Assembly: GCA_013178165.1 (NCBI GenBank)
Contig: JABLXG010000036.1
Span: forward strand, 6,874-70,873
DNA: 64,000 bases
Origin: Anaerolineae bacterium
Lineage (GTDB): Bacteria; Chloroflexota; Anaerolineae; Aggregatilineales; Ch27
Direction of reading: 5' to 3'
Under the pieces are notes generated by a model. The model searched no databases and was not told the DNA's origin. It saw only the letters and a program-made list of their open reading frames with translations. Position 1 is the stretch's first letter, and every line of letters begins with the position of its first letter. Both the position numbers and the translations under genes were made by a program. This document shows positions 51,961 to 61,278 of this stretch, in pieces.

Positions 51961-53337
51961 TTACGGCTGGAACTGCGTCTGGTAGATCTCATTAGCGTAG
52001 TCGGTCAGCGAGTCCAGCGTCGACTGCACATCAGCGCCATCCAGGATGGCAAAGAAGGCATCCTGCTCGATAGCACGACGGACGGGATCATAGCTGGCGA
52101 TGGGCGGCTCGGTCTTGGTGTTGCCAAGCAGATCGAAAGCAGCCGCAAACTGCGGATTCTCGGCAAAGTAGTCGGCCAGGTCCGCCGCGGCGCTGGCGCG
52201 CACCGGGAAGTAGTTGCTGACGCGCACCCACCGCGCCTGCTGGGCCGGCTCAGACATCCAGCGGACGAACAGCCAGGCCGCCAGTTCAGCTTCCGGCGTG
52301 GTCTTGGGGATGGAGACCGACGCGCCATAGACGTTCTGGGTCGGCTGTGTCGCGCCGAGATCAGCGTAGGGGATCGCGGCCACCGTCCAGTTGAACTCGC
52401 CAGCCTCGCTCTCCGCAATGGCCGAGGCTACAAAGGGCAGACCAGAGCTGGAGCCAATGTAGAACAGGTTCTTCCCGTTGGCAAAGTCGTTCTGGTCGCC
52501 GTAGCGCTCAGCAATACGGTTGGCGCAACCCTTGGCCAGCAGGTCCTGCATGAACTGCAGGGCGTAGACCGTTTCTTCGCCGTTGAAGACGTACTCGTCA
52601 TTTTCGTAATCGAAAATGTCGCCGCCCAGAGCGAAGGTTGCCGCCGCGACAAAGCTGGCATCAGTACGGATCGAGTAGCCCATGCGGCCTTCGGCGCTGG
52701 CCGTCCAGGCGCAGGCCATCTCGCCAAATTCCGTCCAGGAGGTCGGCGGGGCGTCATAGCCCAGTTCAGCCAGGCCATCCAGATTGACGTAGACAACTTC
52801 CATCGACCGGTTAGGCGGGAAGCCCAGGCGCATCCCACCGAACTGCGGGTTGATATCCTGCAGGAAGAAGCCCTGGAAGAAGTCCGCCTGCTCTTCCTCG
52901 CTATACCCCCACTGCGGGTCGTTGACGAAGATATTCATATCGACCAGCGCATCCTCAAGCTGGTAGGCAGCCGCCTGGTTCTGGTAGGCAACCACCAGGT
53001 TGGGCAGGGTGCCGCTGGCGATGCTGGCGATCATCTTCTGATAGATGTCGTTGTAGCTACCCTGATTGCTGGCCTCCACCGTGATTCCCCACGGATTGTT
53101 GGCATTGAACTCGGCCACCATCTCGTTGAGGGCAACCTCACGATCGCCAGGATGCTGATGCCAGTAGACGACAGTCTGCCCGGAGGGATCGACGCCAGCC
53201 AGGGGGCCTTCTGTCGTCGGCGTGGTGGGCAGGTCGAACGTAGCCACGAAGGCGCCGCCCTGCGCACCGGCCAGCGACGCGACGCTCAACAGCATGGCCA
53301 GGGCGAGCACCACAGCCAGAACACGGTATCCCTTCAT
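51961..53337 (-). CDS. ABC transporter extracellular solute-binding protein, paralog B
   Basis: ATG 53337 (MKGYRVLAVVLALAMLL...) after SD GGAGGAAAGG. Collinear with paralog A over the full length, with many identical blocks such as NPWGITV, QGSY.DIY, DPQWGYS, YVNLDGLAELGY, FGEMACAW, PEAELAAWLFVRW. Confidence 0.8.
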   Translation of the reverse strand: MKGYRVLAVVLALAMLLSVASLAGAQGGAFVATFDLPTTPTTEGPLAGVDPSGQTVVYWHQHPGDREVALNEMVAEFNANNPWGITVEASNQGSYNDIYQKMIASIASGTLPNLVVAYQNQAAAYQLEDALVDMNIFVNDPQWGYSEEEQADFFQGFFLQDINPQFGGMRLGFPPNRSMEVVYVNLDGLAELGYDAPPTSWTEFGEMACAWTASAEGRMGYSIRTDASFVAAATFALGGDIFDYENDEYVFNGEETVYALQFMQDLLAKGCANRIAERYGDQNDFANGKNLFYIGSSSGLPFVASAIAESEAGEFNWTVAAIPYADLGATQPTQNVYGASVSIPKTTPEAELAAWLFVRWMSEPAQQARWVRVSNYFPVRASAAADLADYFAENPQFAAAFDLLGNTKTEPPIASYDPVRRAIEQDAFFAILDGADVQSTLDSLTDYANEIYQTQFQP

Positions 53338-53588
53338 AGTGAACCTTTCCTCCATTTGGTGTGGCTAGATCTGAGAGGGGCTACAGCGCGGCAGAACACC
53401 AGCAGCCCAGTGAACGGCAAGAGAGCCGTATTCCTGTCGCTCTTCCGCGCAATACTGGCAGCCTGCCAGCATATTCTGAGTATACACGTATCTTGTTAAC
53501 GATGCATTAAAACACCTTTAGGGGTGATCGAAATCAACCGGCGTTGCCAGGCTTCAATGCCATCGCAGCCGCCGGTTGTGATCCCCGC

Positions 53589-54470
53589 TCACTCCGCCTG
53601 TGCTTCCGTGAAGATCGGCGTCTCCCCTGCCGTGGCGGCAATGGCCGCTTCCTGTTCTTCTGGCGTCATCGGTCGGAAGTTTTCCGCCGCCTTGAGCACC
53701 AGCGGCAGGATGCGCACATCTCCCACGCTGGGGATAGCCGTCACCCCCGGCTGGGACAGCGCAAAGCGCACGCCACGCTCTACTTCCGGATAGGTTGTGT
53801 ACGGCTGGTACCAGGTCTGATGTGTCTTGACCCCGGCCGGCCAGGAACCCCGCGCGGCGGACTTAATCGCCATAATCCCAACATCGCGTGCCTGCGCTTC
53901 CGCCAGCAGGGCCGCAATATCCCGGCGGTACTGCGCGATGGCATACAGGGCAGGGTAGATCGGGACCATCAGGGTATCAAAGTCAAAGCGTTGCAACGCC
54001 TGCAATTGCAGGGCCGGGGCCTGCAGGCCATGGCCGGTCAGCCCCAGATAATCGACCAGTCCCTGTGCGCGCGCTTCCACCAGGGTTTCGATCGCGCCGC
54101 CCGGCGCCAGCGCCGCGTCAAGCTCCTCCTGAGTCGTGATCGCGTGCAACTGGTATAGTTCCAGGTGATCGGTGTGCAGCAACTTGAAGGAGTTTTCCAG
54201 GTCAACCCAGGCCGCGTCGCGGCTGCGCTCCAGCGTCTTGCAGCCAATGAAGAAGTTGGCTCGCCGGCCCGGCTCAGCAGCCAGCCATTCCCCCAGCACA
54301 CGCTGGGCGTTGCCATACTGTGGGGCAACATCGATGTGATTCACCCCGTAAGACTGAGCCAGGTCCAGCGCCGCATTCGCGCCTTCCTGGTCAATCTCCC
54401 AGAAGGCAGCCGTGCCCATGATAACCAGGGTGCTCAGGTGATTCGTCCGCCCTAAACGTCGAGTCTCCAC
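53589..54470 (-). CDS. Aldo/keto reductase
   Basis: GTG 54470 after SD AGAGGAG. LGRTNHLSTLVIMGTAAF, HIDVAPQYG, LELYQLH, IMAIKS. Confidence 0.75.
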   Translation of the reverse strand: METRRLGRTNHLSTLVIMGTAAFWEIDQEGANAALDLAQSYGVNHIDVAPQYGNAQRVLGEWLAAEPGRRANFFIGCKTLERSRDAAWVDLENSFKLLHTDHLELYQLHAITTQEELDAALAPGGAIETLVEARAQGLVDYLGLTGHGLQAPALQLQALQRFDFDTLMVPIYPALYAIAQYRRDIAALLAEAQARDVGIMAIKSAARGSWPAGVKTHQTWYQPYTTYPEVERGVRFALSQPGVTAIPSVGDVRILPLVLKAAENFRPMTPEEQEAAIAATAGETPIFTEAQAE

Positions 54471-54659
54471 AATAATCACTCCTCTATAAGCATTGCCACG
54501 AGACTGCCGGGAATACCGCCAGAAACCCGGCGGCAGGAGCATGCGCCAGCAGGCACCCCGCCCGGCCAACGCCGCCTGCCACCATGCGTTAGTAGACGCT
54601 ATTTTAGTCCAATTGTCAGCGCAAGCGCACCTACAAAGTACTGACGAACCTCGCTATTC

Positions 54660-54688
54660 TTGACACCCAAAGATCAGTTGGCTACAAT
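54660..54688 (+). promoter_or_regulatory. Consensus sigma-70 promoter (TTGACA-17 nt-TACAAT) upstream of yceD-rpoD
   Basis: TTGACA at 54660-54665 and TACAAT at 54683-54688, in the most AT-rich stretch of the window. About 185 nt of leader follow. Confidence 0.55.
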
Positions 54689-54877
54689 ATTTTTTAGATA
54701 AAACATTATCAAAATTATCAACCCTGTGCCACATATCCTGGTAAAGATTGCAGCAGTTGAACCTATTTCCTATTGAGTTCGCCTTGCTTTGGGCGATAGA
54801 GTGATGATTGACACAAGCTCCCTTCTCTCCCTGCGAGCAGCTTCTCGTGTCACACATAACAGACAAGGCTAGCTGAC

Positions 54878-55405
54878 GTGATTCCTCCTAACGGCTTTGT
54901 GAGCAACCGGGTGCTCAAGCTGAAAGTAGGCTTTTTGCTGAATCAGAGCCTGGGCACAAGCCGCGAGGTAGATTTTGATGTCCCCGCCCTGGGCGTCGCC
55001 GACGATCTGGTCCTGGCCTTCCTGCGCGGGCAAATCCGCCTGAGCCGCACCCGCGAGGGAATCCTGGTTCAGGGCGAACTGCAAACAGCTATCGAAGGCG
55101 AATGTCGGCGCTGCCTGGCCGCCATCGCCATCCCCATTACTCTAACCCTGGAAGAACTCTTCGCCCTGCACCCGCATCGGGGAGACACTGAATTCAGCGT
55201 GTCGGAGGATGCCATCCTCGACCTGACGCCGTTGCTGCGCGAAGAAACCATCATCAGCATCCCCCTGGCGCCACTCTGCAAACCAGATTGCGCTGGCCTG
55301 TGCCCGTCTTGTGGCCATAACCTCAACTTAGGCCAGTGCGATTGTCCATCCACTGATCTTGACCCCCGTTTCGCTGTGCTATCACAGTTGCATGACCAAG
55401 AGTAA
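54878..55405 (+). CDS. yceD: DUF177 / YceD-family protein
   Basis: GTG start. [41 protein letters not shown] (the C-terminal four-Cys motif of YceD). Confidence 0.8.
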   Translation: MIPPNGFVSNRVLKLKVGFLLNQSLGTSREVDFDVPALGVADDLVLAFLRGQIRLSRTREGILVQGELQTAIEGECRRCLAAIAIPITLTLEELFALHPHRGDTEFSVSEDAILDLTPLLREETIISIPLAPLCKPDCAGLCPSCGHNLNLGQCDCPSTDLDPRFAVLSQLHDQE

Positions 55406-55419
55406 TTATCTTTCATGGT

Positions 55420-56595
55420 ATGAGGGGAGAGTCAGCCTTGAAACGCTACGAATCGGACGAACAGGACACGGATGCAGTAAGCGCGTTACTGAACAAAGCC
55501 GAGCACCAGGGTTTTCTGACCTCCGAGGATGTTTTCGAACTTGTCGCCGACCAGGCTCATAACCTGGACGACATCATCCTCGCCCTTCAAAATGAGGGTA
55601 TAGACATTCTGGATGACAAAGAAGAGCAGGACATTGAATTTGAGGACGAAGAAGAAATTGAGGAGGATTTTGACCTCTCCGGCATTTCCTCCGACGACAC
55701 CGTCGGCCTCTACCTCAAGGAGATGTCCCGCGTCCCACTGCTGACCACCAAAGAGGAAGTCGACCTGGCCAAGCGTCTGGAGGCCGGTCTGGAGGCGCAG
55801 CGCAAGCTGAGCCAGCTCAACGGTCGCAACCCGGAACTGCGCAAGCAACTGGAGGCCGTTGTTCAGGACGGCATCGCCGCCCGCGAGCACCTGATCAAAG
55901 CCAACACCCGGCTGGTCGTCTCCATCGCCAAGAAGTACATGGGCAGCGGCGTGCACTTCCTAGACCTGATCCAGGAGGGCAACCTGGGTCTGATGAAGGC
56001 GGTGGAGAAATTCGATTACACACGGGGTTACCGCTTCAGCACATATGCGACCTGGTGGATCCGCCAGACCATCACCCGCGCGATTGCCGATCAGGGGCGC
56101 ACCATCCGCGTGCCGGTGCACATGAGCGACCGCATTCGCCGCCTCTACAAGGTCGCCCGTAAGCTGGAGCAGGAAAACGGCCGCAAGCCGACCGCCGAGG
56201 AAATCGCCGCCGAAATGGATATTGACCCGCGCAAGGTACAATGGATGCTCAAAGTCTCCTGGCGTCCCCTGAGCCTTGAACGACCGGTCGGCGAGGAAGA
56301 AGACTCCGAACTAGGCAACTTCATCGAAGATGACACCACCCCCACACCTACCCAGAGCGTCAGCAACAATCTGCTGCGGGAGGAAGTGGAGGCCGTCCTG
56401 AGCACCCTGACCCCGCGCGAAGCGCGGATCCTGCGGCTGCGTTTTGGCCTGCACAATGGCGAGTGCTACACGCTGGAAGAAGTCGGGCAAAAGTTCGGCC
56501 TGACCCGTGAACGCATCCGCCAGATCGAGGGCAAAGCCCTGCGGCGGTTGCGTCATCCGCGCCGTTCTCGCCGCCTGCGCAGCTTCCTGCAATAA
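55420..56595 (+). CDS. rpoD: Primary RNA polymerase sigma factor (group 1)
   Basis: Acidic region 1 followed by region 2 ([32 protein letters not shown]). Regions 3 and 4.2 ([30 protein letters not shown]). The start may instead be TTG 55438. Confidence 0.9.
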   Translation: MRGESALKRYESDEQDTDAVSALLNKAEHQGFLTSEDVFELVADQAHNLDDIILALQNEGIDILDDKEEQDIEFEDEEEIEEDFDLSGISSDDTVGLYLKEMSRVPLLTTKEEVDLAKRLEAGLEAQRKLSQLNGRNPELRKQLEAVVQDGIAAREHLIKANTRLVVSIAKKYMGSGVHFLDLIQEGNLGLMKAVEKFDYTRGYRFSTYATWWIRQTITRAIADQGRTIRVPVHMSDRIRRLYKVARKLEQENGRKPTAEEIAAEMDIDPRKVQWMLKVSWRPLSLERPVGEEEDSELGNFIEDDTTPTPTQSVSNNLLREEVEAVLSTLTPREARILRLRFGLHNGECYTLEEVGQKFGLTRERIRQIEGKALRRLRHPRRSRRLRSFLQ

Positions 56596-56618
56596 TCAAA
56601 CGCATCAGCGCGTGAATC

Positions 56619-56647
56619 AACGGGCAGGTTTTCGTCGCCTGCCCGTT
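56619..56647. terminator. Bidirectional terminator between rpoD and the convergent SDR gene
   Basis: AACGGGCAGG / ttttcgtcg / CCTGCCCGTT followed by TGCCGTTCTT. Confidence 0.65.
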
Positions 56648-56655
56648 TGCCGTTC

Positions 56656-57534
56656 TTATGCCGCCTGTGTGTCGCTGATGAACTCAGGCGCATGATCCTG
56701 CAACCCGGCCAGCGCCGCGCTGACTTCCCACAGGCGGGCCGCCAGCGCCCAGTCATACGTGATCGGCGCGGTCTGGATAGCCTGATTCCGCACAAAATAC
56801 TGCCCCGTCACCCCCTCGACCTCAGGCGACGACGCCAGGTAGACCAGCGTCCTGGCCCCGGCAACCGGGCTGATGCCAAAACGCTGCGTCAGCCTGATCA
56901 GCGCCTTCCACGGTTGCCCGTTGTTTAGGCCAAAGTTGCTGGCCACAAAGCCCGGATGCAGCGCGTTGGCTGTTACCCCTGTCCCCACCAGCCGACGAGC
57001 CAGTTCGTAGGTGAACAGGATGTTCATCAGCTTGGAGCGCGCGTAAGCCGCAAAGCCGCTATAGCGCCTGGTCATCTGCAAATCGTCCAAGTCCAGGGTT
57101 GCGCCGCGATAAGCATTGGAAGCGACATTGACCACCCGGGCCGGCGCGCTGGCCCGCAGGACATCCAGCAGCAGATTGGTGAGCAGGAAGTAACTCATGT
57201 GGTTCAGCGCAAAGGTCATCTCCAGCCCATCGACACTGAGTTGCCGGGACATGAAAATCCCGCCGGCGTTGTTGATCAGCACATCCAGCCGATCATGCCG
57301 GCTGCGAAAACGCTCTGCTGCAGCGCGAACAGCTTCCAGCGAGGACAGGTCTGCCACGATATAGTCCAGCTGATGGTTGCCTGTCTCGGCCCCGATCTGT
57401 TCCACCACCGCCTTACAGCGCGCCTCATTGCGACTCACAATGACCACCGCCGCGCCCATCCCGGCCAGTGCTCGCGCTGTCGCTGCCCCGATCCCGGAGC
57501 TTCCGCCGGTGATCAACACCGTCTTGCCATGCAT
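56656..57534 (-). CDS. SDR family oxidoreductase (retinol-dehydrogenase-like, classical)
   Basis: VLITGGSSGIGAATA, NNAG, YARSKLMN. 292 aa. Confidence 0.8.
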   Translation of the reverse strand: MHGKTVLITGGSSGIGAATARALAGMGAAVVIVSRNEARCKAVVEQIGAETGNHQLDYIVADLSSLEAVRAAAERFRSRHDRLDVLINNAGGIFMSRQLSVDGLEMTFALNHMSYFLLTNLLLDVLRASAPARVVNVASNAYRGATLDLDDLQMTRRYSGFAAYARSKLMNILFTYELARRLVGTGVTANALHPGFVASNFGLNNGQPWKALIRLTQRFGISPVAGARTLVYLASSPEVEGVTGQYFVRNQAIQTAPITYDWALAARLWEVSAALAGLQDHAPEFISDTQAA

Positions 57535-57553
57535 TTGTCACACCCTCATCTGG

Positions 57554-58708
57554 TCAAAAACGCCCATTCATTGTACCGGCATAGCCGGTCAACTCTGCAT
57601 AACCATAGCCGGTCACATCGCCGCCGATGCGCACCGCGCCTTCCCAGTAGGCAATGCCTTCGCGCAGCTCCTGATCGGCCAGCAAAGGCATCAGGCGCAG
57701 GCGCAGCGGCTGCCCATCGCCGCCGTCTGCGATGGTGATCTCCCACCCGGCGGGATACTCCGCGCCAGTGTGCGGACTGCGCCAGGTCTGCGTGACGGTG
57801 ATAGTGAAGTCCGCCGCGTTCAACCGGCGTGTGCGGCCATCCGGCAGGACAATCAGGCCGCCAAAGACCGGCTCAAACCCGCCATCAAACAGGCGAATAC
57901 GCCCCAGCATCACCTCGCGGTCATCATCAAGATGCAACCCAAACCAGTCCCACCCCTGCGCATCGTTGCCCAGGGCGCTGGTGCTGAACTCATGATCCAT
58001 CCAGGTTGTTCCCTGCACGTGATAGGTCTGGCCGCTAACCACGATCACGCCACTGGTGAGCAGGCGCGACAGGGAGTAGTAGTAACTGGCGTTACCCGGC
58101 TCAGCGCTCTTGGGGCTGAGGCCGCCCTCACCCTGCAAAGCGGGCGGCTTGACCTGCTCCAGAAGCAGCTCAATAGCGACATCGGCCTCGCTCGCTATGA
58201 TACGCGTGCGCAACGCCTGAGAGTCTTCCGCTGCCACCTGCCAGTCTTCCAGCCAGACGCGGTAACGCGGATCAGTCGTTGCGCCGGCCAGTCCCGCCCC
58301 ACCCCGGCTGAAGCGTTGGTGCTGGTAGAAGGCCTGACCCTGCACATCAGTCACCGTGAAATGGGCCATATAGACCTGGTTGGTGCGCCATTCGGAACCC
58401 GTGTCAACTTCCGCCGGAGCAATCGCCCGCCGGAAGACCGTGAACTGGAAGCCAAAACGCCGACCGGACTCATCGGCCAGGTTGCCGGTGTAATACCACC
58501 ATTCGGTCTGGTAGTCAGGATGCGCACCATGATCGCGTGGGAACTGCCAGTCATAAGGGCCGATAGCCCGCGCATAGCCCGCCGCGCTCAGGGGCGCGCT
58601 CAACAGATCGGCTCTGGCGCGGACCTCGCCGCCGCCGAATTCCACCAGGCTGACGCCAAGCAACACAATCGCCAGCGCCGCCACACCCAGCAAACCATAC
58701 TTCCACAT
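57554..58708 (-). CDS. AttH/CrtC-like (carotenoid 1,2-hydratase / lipocalin-like) family protein with N-terminal TM anchor
   Basis: FPRDHGAHPDYQTEWWYYTGNL and FQFTVFR are hallmark motifs of this family. 384 aa. Confidence 0.7.
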   Translation of the reverse strand: MWKYGLLGVAALAIVLLGVSLVEFGGGEVRARADLLSAPLSAAGYARAIGPYDWQFPRDHGAHPDYQTEWWYYTGNLADESGRRFGFQFTVFRRAIAPAEVDTGSEWRTNQVYMAHFTVTDVQGQAFYQHQRFSRGGAGLAGATTDPRYRVWLEDWQVAAEDSQALRTRIIASEADVAIELLLEQVKPPALQGEGGLSPKSAEPGNASYYYSLSRLLTSGVIVVSGQTYHVQGTTWMDHEFSTSALGNDAQGWDWFGLHLDDDREVMLGRIRLFDGGFEPVFGGLIVLPDGRTRRLNAADFTITVTQTWRSPHTGAEYPAGWEITIADGGDGQPLRLRLMPLLADQELREGIAYWEGAVRIGGDVTGYGYAELTGYAGTMNGRF

Positions 58709-58748
58709 ACCGTACCGATCCTCGCTTCACCTGCCTGAAACGCAACAT

Positions 58749-58918
58749 CTATGCTGCTCTGGCCCGTGCCCGGATGCGCTGGCGCAGGCCATGTGGCAAC
58801 ACCCGTTTGATCATCCGCCATGTCCATCGCAGTGCCCTGAAGGCCAGCTGCAAGCCGCGGGCATGCGGGCTGGCGATCCAGTGTAGCATATAGTCCAGCG
58901 CAGGCTCCGCTCCCCAGC
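58749..58918 (-). pseudogene. Detached 3' fragment of the CelD/GNAT-like gene, separated by the ISAs1 insertion
   Basis: After removing the IS and one TSD copy, the frame continues ...YKFRWGAEPALDYMLHWIASPHARGLQLAFRALRWTWRMIKRVLPHGLRQRIRARARAA* (stop 58749-58751). The rejoined length is 1191 nt, or 396 codons plus stop. Confidence 0.7.
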
Positions 58919-60136
58919 TAGGGCAATCGCATGTGAAACTCTAATGTAGGACAATGGCAGCCAAACGACAAGGAGGCTGCCATGCTACCCGAAACGAGCT
59001 TGCTCGCATACTTTGCAGACCTGGAAGACCCGCGCAATGACCATCAATGCACACATCCGCTGATGAATATCATTGTCATCGCCATCCTGGGGGTGATTTG
59101 TGGAGCCGACAACTGGGTAGACATCGAACGGTACGGCAAGGCGAAGCAGGGGTGGCTGGCAAGCTTCCTGGACTTGAGCCATGGGATACCGTCGCATGAC
59201 ACCTTTGGCCGAGTGTTTCGCTGGCTAGACCCGGAAGCGTTTCAAGCCCGGTTCATCACCTGGACACAAAGCCTGTGCCAACACACGCAAGGTCAGTTAG
59301 TCAGTGTGGATGGCAAGAAGCTACGGCGGTCGCATGACCGGCCCCATGGCCGAGAGGGCATTTGGATGGTGAATGCCTGGGCAACAGCGAACCGACTGGT
59401 GCTGGGACAGCGGCAGGTGGAGGACAAAAGCAATGAAATCACCGCCATACCGCCGTTGTTAGAGGCCCTGGACATAACCGGGTGTGTGGTGACGATTGAC
59501 GCCATGGGCACACAAAGTGCGATTGCCGAGGCTATCGTGGCGGCAGATGCCGACTACATCCTGGCGGTCAAAGAGAACCAGGGCACACTCTACGAAGACC
59601 TGGAGATGTTATTTGAGGGTTTTGAAGACACCGAATATGCCGATGCGCTCTACGATGACTACAAACAGGTCACCGAAGGGCATGGCCGCCGTGAAATCCG
59701 GCACTGTTGGGTCGTGGCCCACCCCGATTACTGGGCCTACCTGCGCCGTGCGTCCACCTGGCCACGCCTAACCAGCCTGGTCAAACTGATAACCGTGCGC
59801 ACCATCGGTACCAGGACGGAAATCACAACCCGCTACTTCATCAGTAGTTGGCGGGCTTCCGCCCGGCAGTTCTTGCAGCGCATCCAGGCCCATTGGCAGA
59901 TTGAAAACGGCCTCCACTGGGTGCTGGACATCGCTTTCCGTGAAGATGAAGCCCGCCTTCGCAAAGACCATGCCCCCCAGAACATGGCCGTGCTCCGCCA
60001 CATGGCAACCACCTGCTCAAACAGGATAAATCCGTCAAAGTGGGTATCGCGGCCAAACGCAAGATGGCCGGCTGGGACAATGACTATCTATTCCGCGTGC
60101 TATGCCCAGATTAGAGAAGCACATGCGATTGCCCTA
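58919..60136 (+). mobile_element. ISAs1-family insertion sequence, 1218 bp, with perfect 17-bp IRs and a 9-bp target-site duplication
   Basis: IRL TAGGGCAATCGCATGTG (58919-58935) is the exact reverse complement of IRR (60120-60136). Direct repeat CTCCCCAGC at 58910-58918 and 60137-60145. Confidence 0.85.
58982..60114 (+). pseudogene. ISAs1-family (H-repeat-associated) transposase gene with a C-terminal frameshift
   Basis: DPRNDHQCTHPLMNIIVIAILGVICGADNW, VDGKKLRRS, VTIDAMGTQ, HWQIENGLHWVLDIAF.EDE. After about 60003, the family-typical tail LLKQDKSVKVGIAAKRKMAGWDNDYLFRVL (stop 60112-60114) is in another frame. The span is 1133 nt, not a multiple of 3. Confidence 0.75.
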
Positions 60137-61166
60137 CTCCCCAGCGGAACTTGTACTCTTCATCACCGCGCAGGAAATCATAGTACTGCATCCCGGCTTC
60201 AATCGCCGCCCGCAGCGACATCTCTGTCAGGACCTGACCGGGGCTGAAATCGGCATAGGCCATGTTCAGACCGGAGGCGAAGTCATAAACCCGCCCATTG
60301 TGCCAGATCGTATACAGTGCGGCGGCCAGTTCGCCATCGATATCCAGGCGGTACAGGCGTAACCAACCGCGTTCGTGCAACTGCTGAGCTGCCTCGTGGT
60401 AAAAAGCGGCCATCGCCGCCTCAGCAAACGCCCCCGGTCGGTTACGGCTTTCCCACTTGGCCTGGTGAAAGACCATCAGCGCGGTCAGGGTGGCGCTGAC
60501 GGAGGCAGGATCACCGGCCACGTACCAGCGCCAGCGCCCCGGATACGCTTCGTCAAGCTGGCGGAGGAAGCGCCGCTGCTCTTTGCGTTTGCCCCGGCTG
60601 AGCGTTGCCAGGTAGGCCTCCCAATTGCCCGGCAGCTTCACCACCGGACACACGCTGGTCGCTGGCTGGCCCCACGGCCAGCCGGCAGCACGGAGCAGGT
60701 CGAGGGTCAGCGTATCCTGGGAAAGCCCGGCAAAGTGCAGCACATCCCACTCAAAGCGATGACGCCAGATCAGGGAAAGAATCACCTGCAAAACTTCCGG
60801 CTCACGTCCGCGGGCCATCACAAAGTCCAGGTGATCCGCCGCCGCAGCCACGCCGACGAACTCAAGTTGCCGCCAGGCCAGCATTCGTAACCGGAAACCG
60901 GCCAAAGGCAAGGGCTGATGCCGGCTCAGCATCAGCGGGGCGATTCCCACAAGCTGGCCATCGGCATCACGAACCTGCACCAGCCATAGCCTGGCCTGCC
61001 TGTGGGCATGACGCCAGTAGGCGCTCACCCATTCCCAGGTCACAAAGACTCCGCCCGTGCTGCCCCGCGCCATCAGCGCGGACCAGTCGTCGCGAAGGCG
61101 TTCCAGTTCAGCAGGATCGTGAGAAAGGGAAGCGATCAGGTCGGTGGCATGGGCTGGCACGGTCAA
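60111..61166 (-). pseudogene. CelD/BioF2-like GNAT acetyltransferase gene, 3'-truncated by the ISAs1 insertion (the last 8 codons and the stop derive from the IS end)
   Basis: 351-aa ORF. The C-terminal half (AFYHEAAQQLHERGWLRLYRLDIDGELAAALYTIWHNGRVYDFASG, YDFLRGDEEYKFRWG) matches the cellulose-biosynthesis CelD-like acetyltransferase family. The reading frame runs into IRR at 60136. Confidence 0.75.
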
Positions 61167-61278
61167 TTACCTGTCATAAGCTGGACTGTTGTTCAACTAT
61201 AACAGGCAACCGATCACGGCGGGGTTAGAGAATCATGAAAGTCCCTCTGGTGACAGCCAGGCGGAAGACGCCAGGTCA

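Noticed and set aside
51904-53499. 531-aa plus-strand ORF antisense to SBP paralog B. Similar cases are 21848..23209 over asnB, 31452..32816 over the ABC exporter, 20344..21327 over prfA and 48738..49754 over the GT28 gene.
   Set aside because: All lie opposite well-supported genes and lack motifs. They are explained by GC3 bias removing stop codons on the antisense strand.
54654-54866. 70-aa minus-strand ORF in the AT-rich yceD upstream region
   Set aside because: Its composition is odd (Cys/Asn/Ser-rich) and it has no SD. It lies opposite a consensus promoter and leader, so it is more plausibly non-coding regulatory DNA.
57377-58738. 453-aa plus-strand ORF over the AttH-like and SDR genes
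   Set aside because: It is antisense to two genes with hallmark motifs (HPDYQTEWWYYTGNL and TGGSSGIG/YxxxK). It crosses their intergenic gap and has a low-complexity Arg/Ala/Pro/Gln composition.
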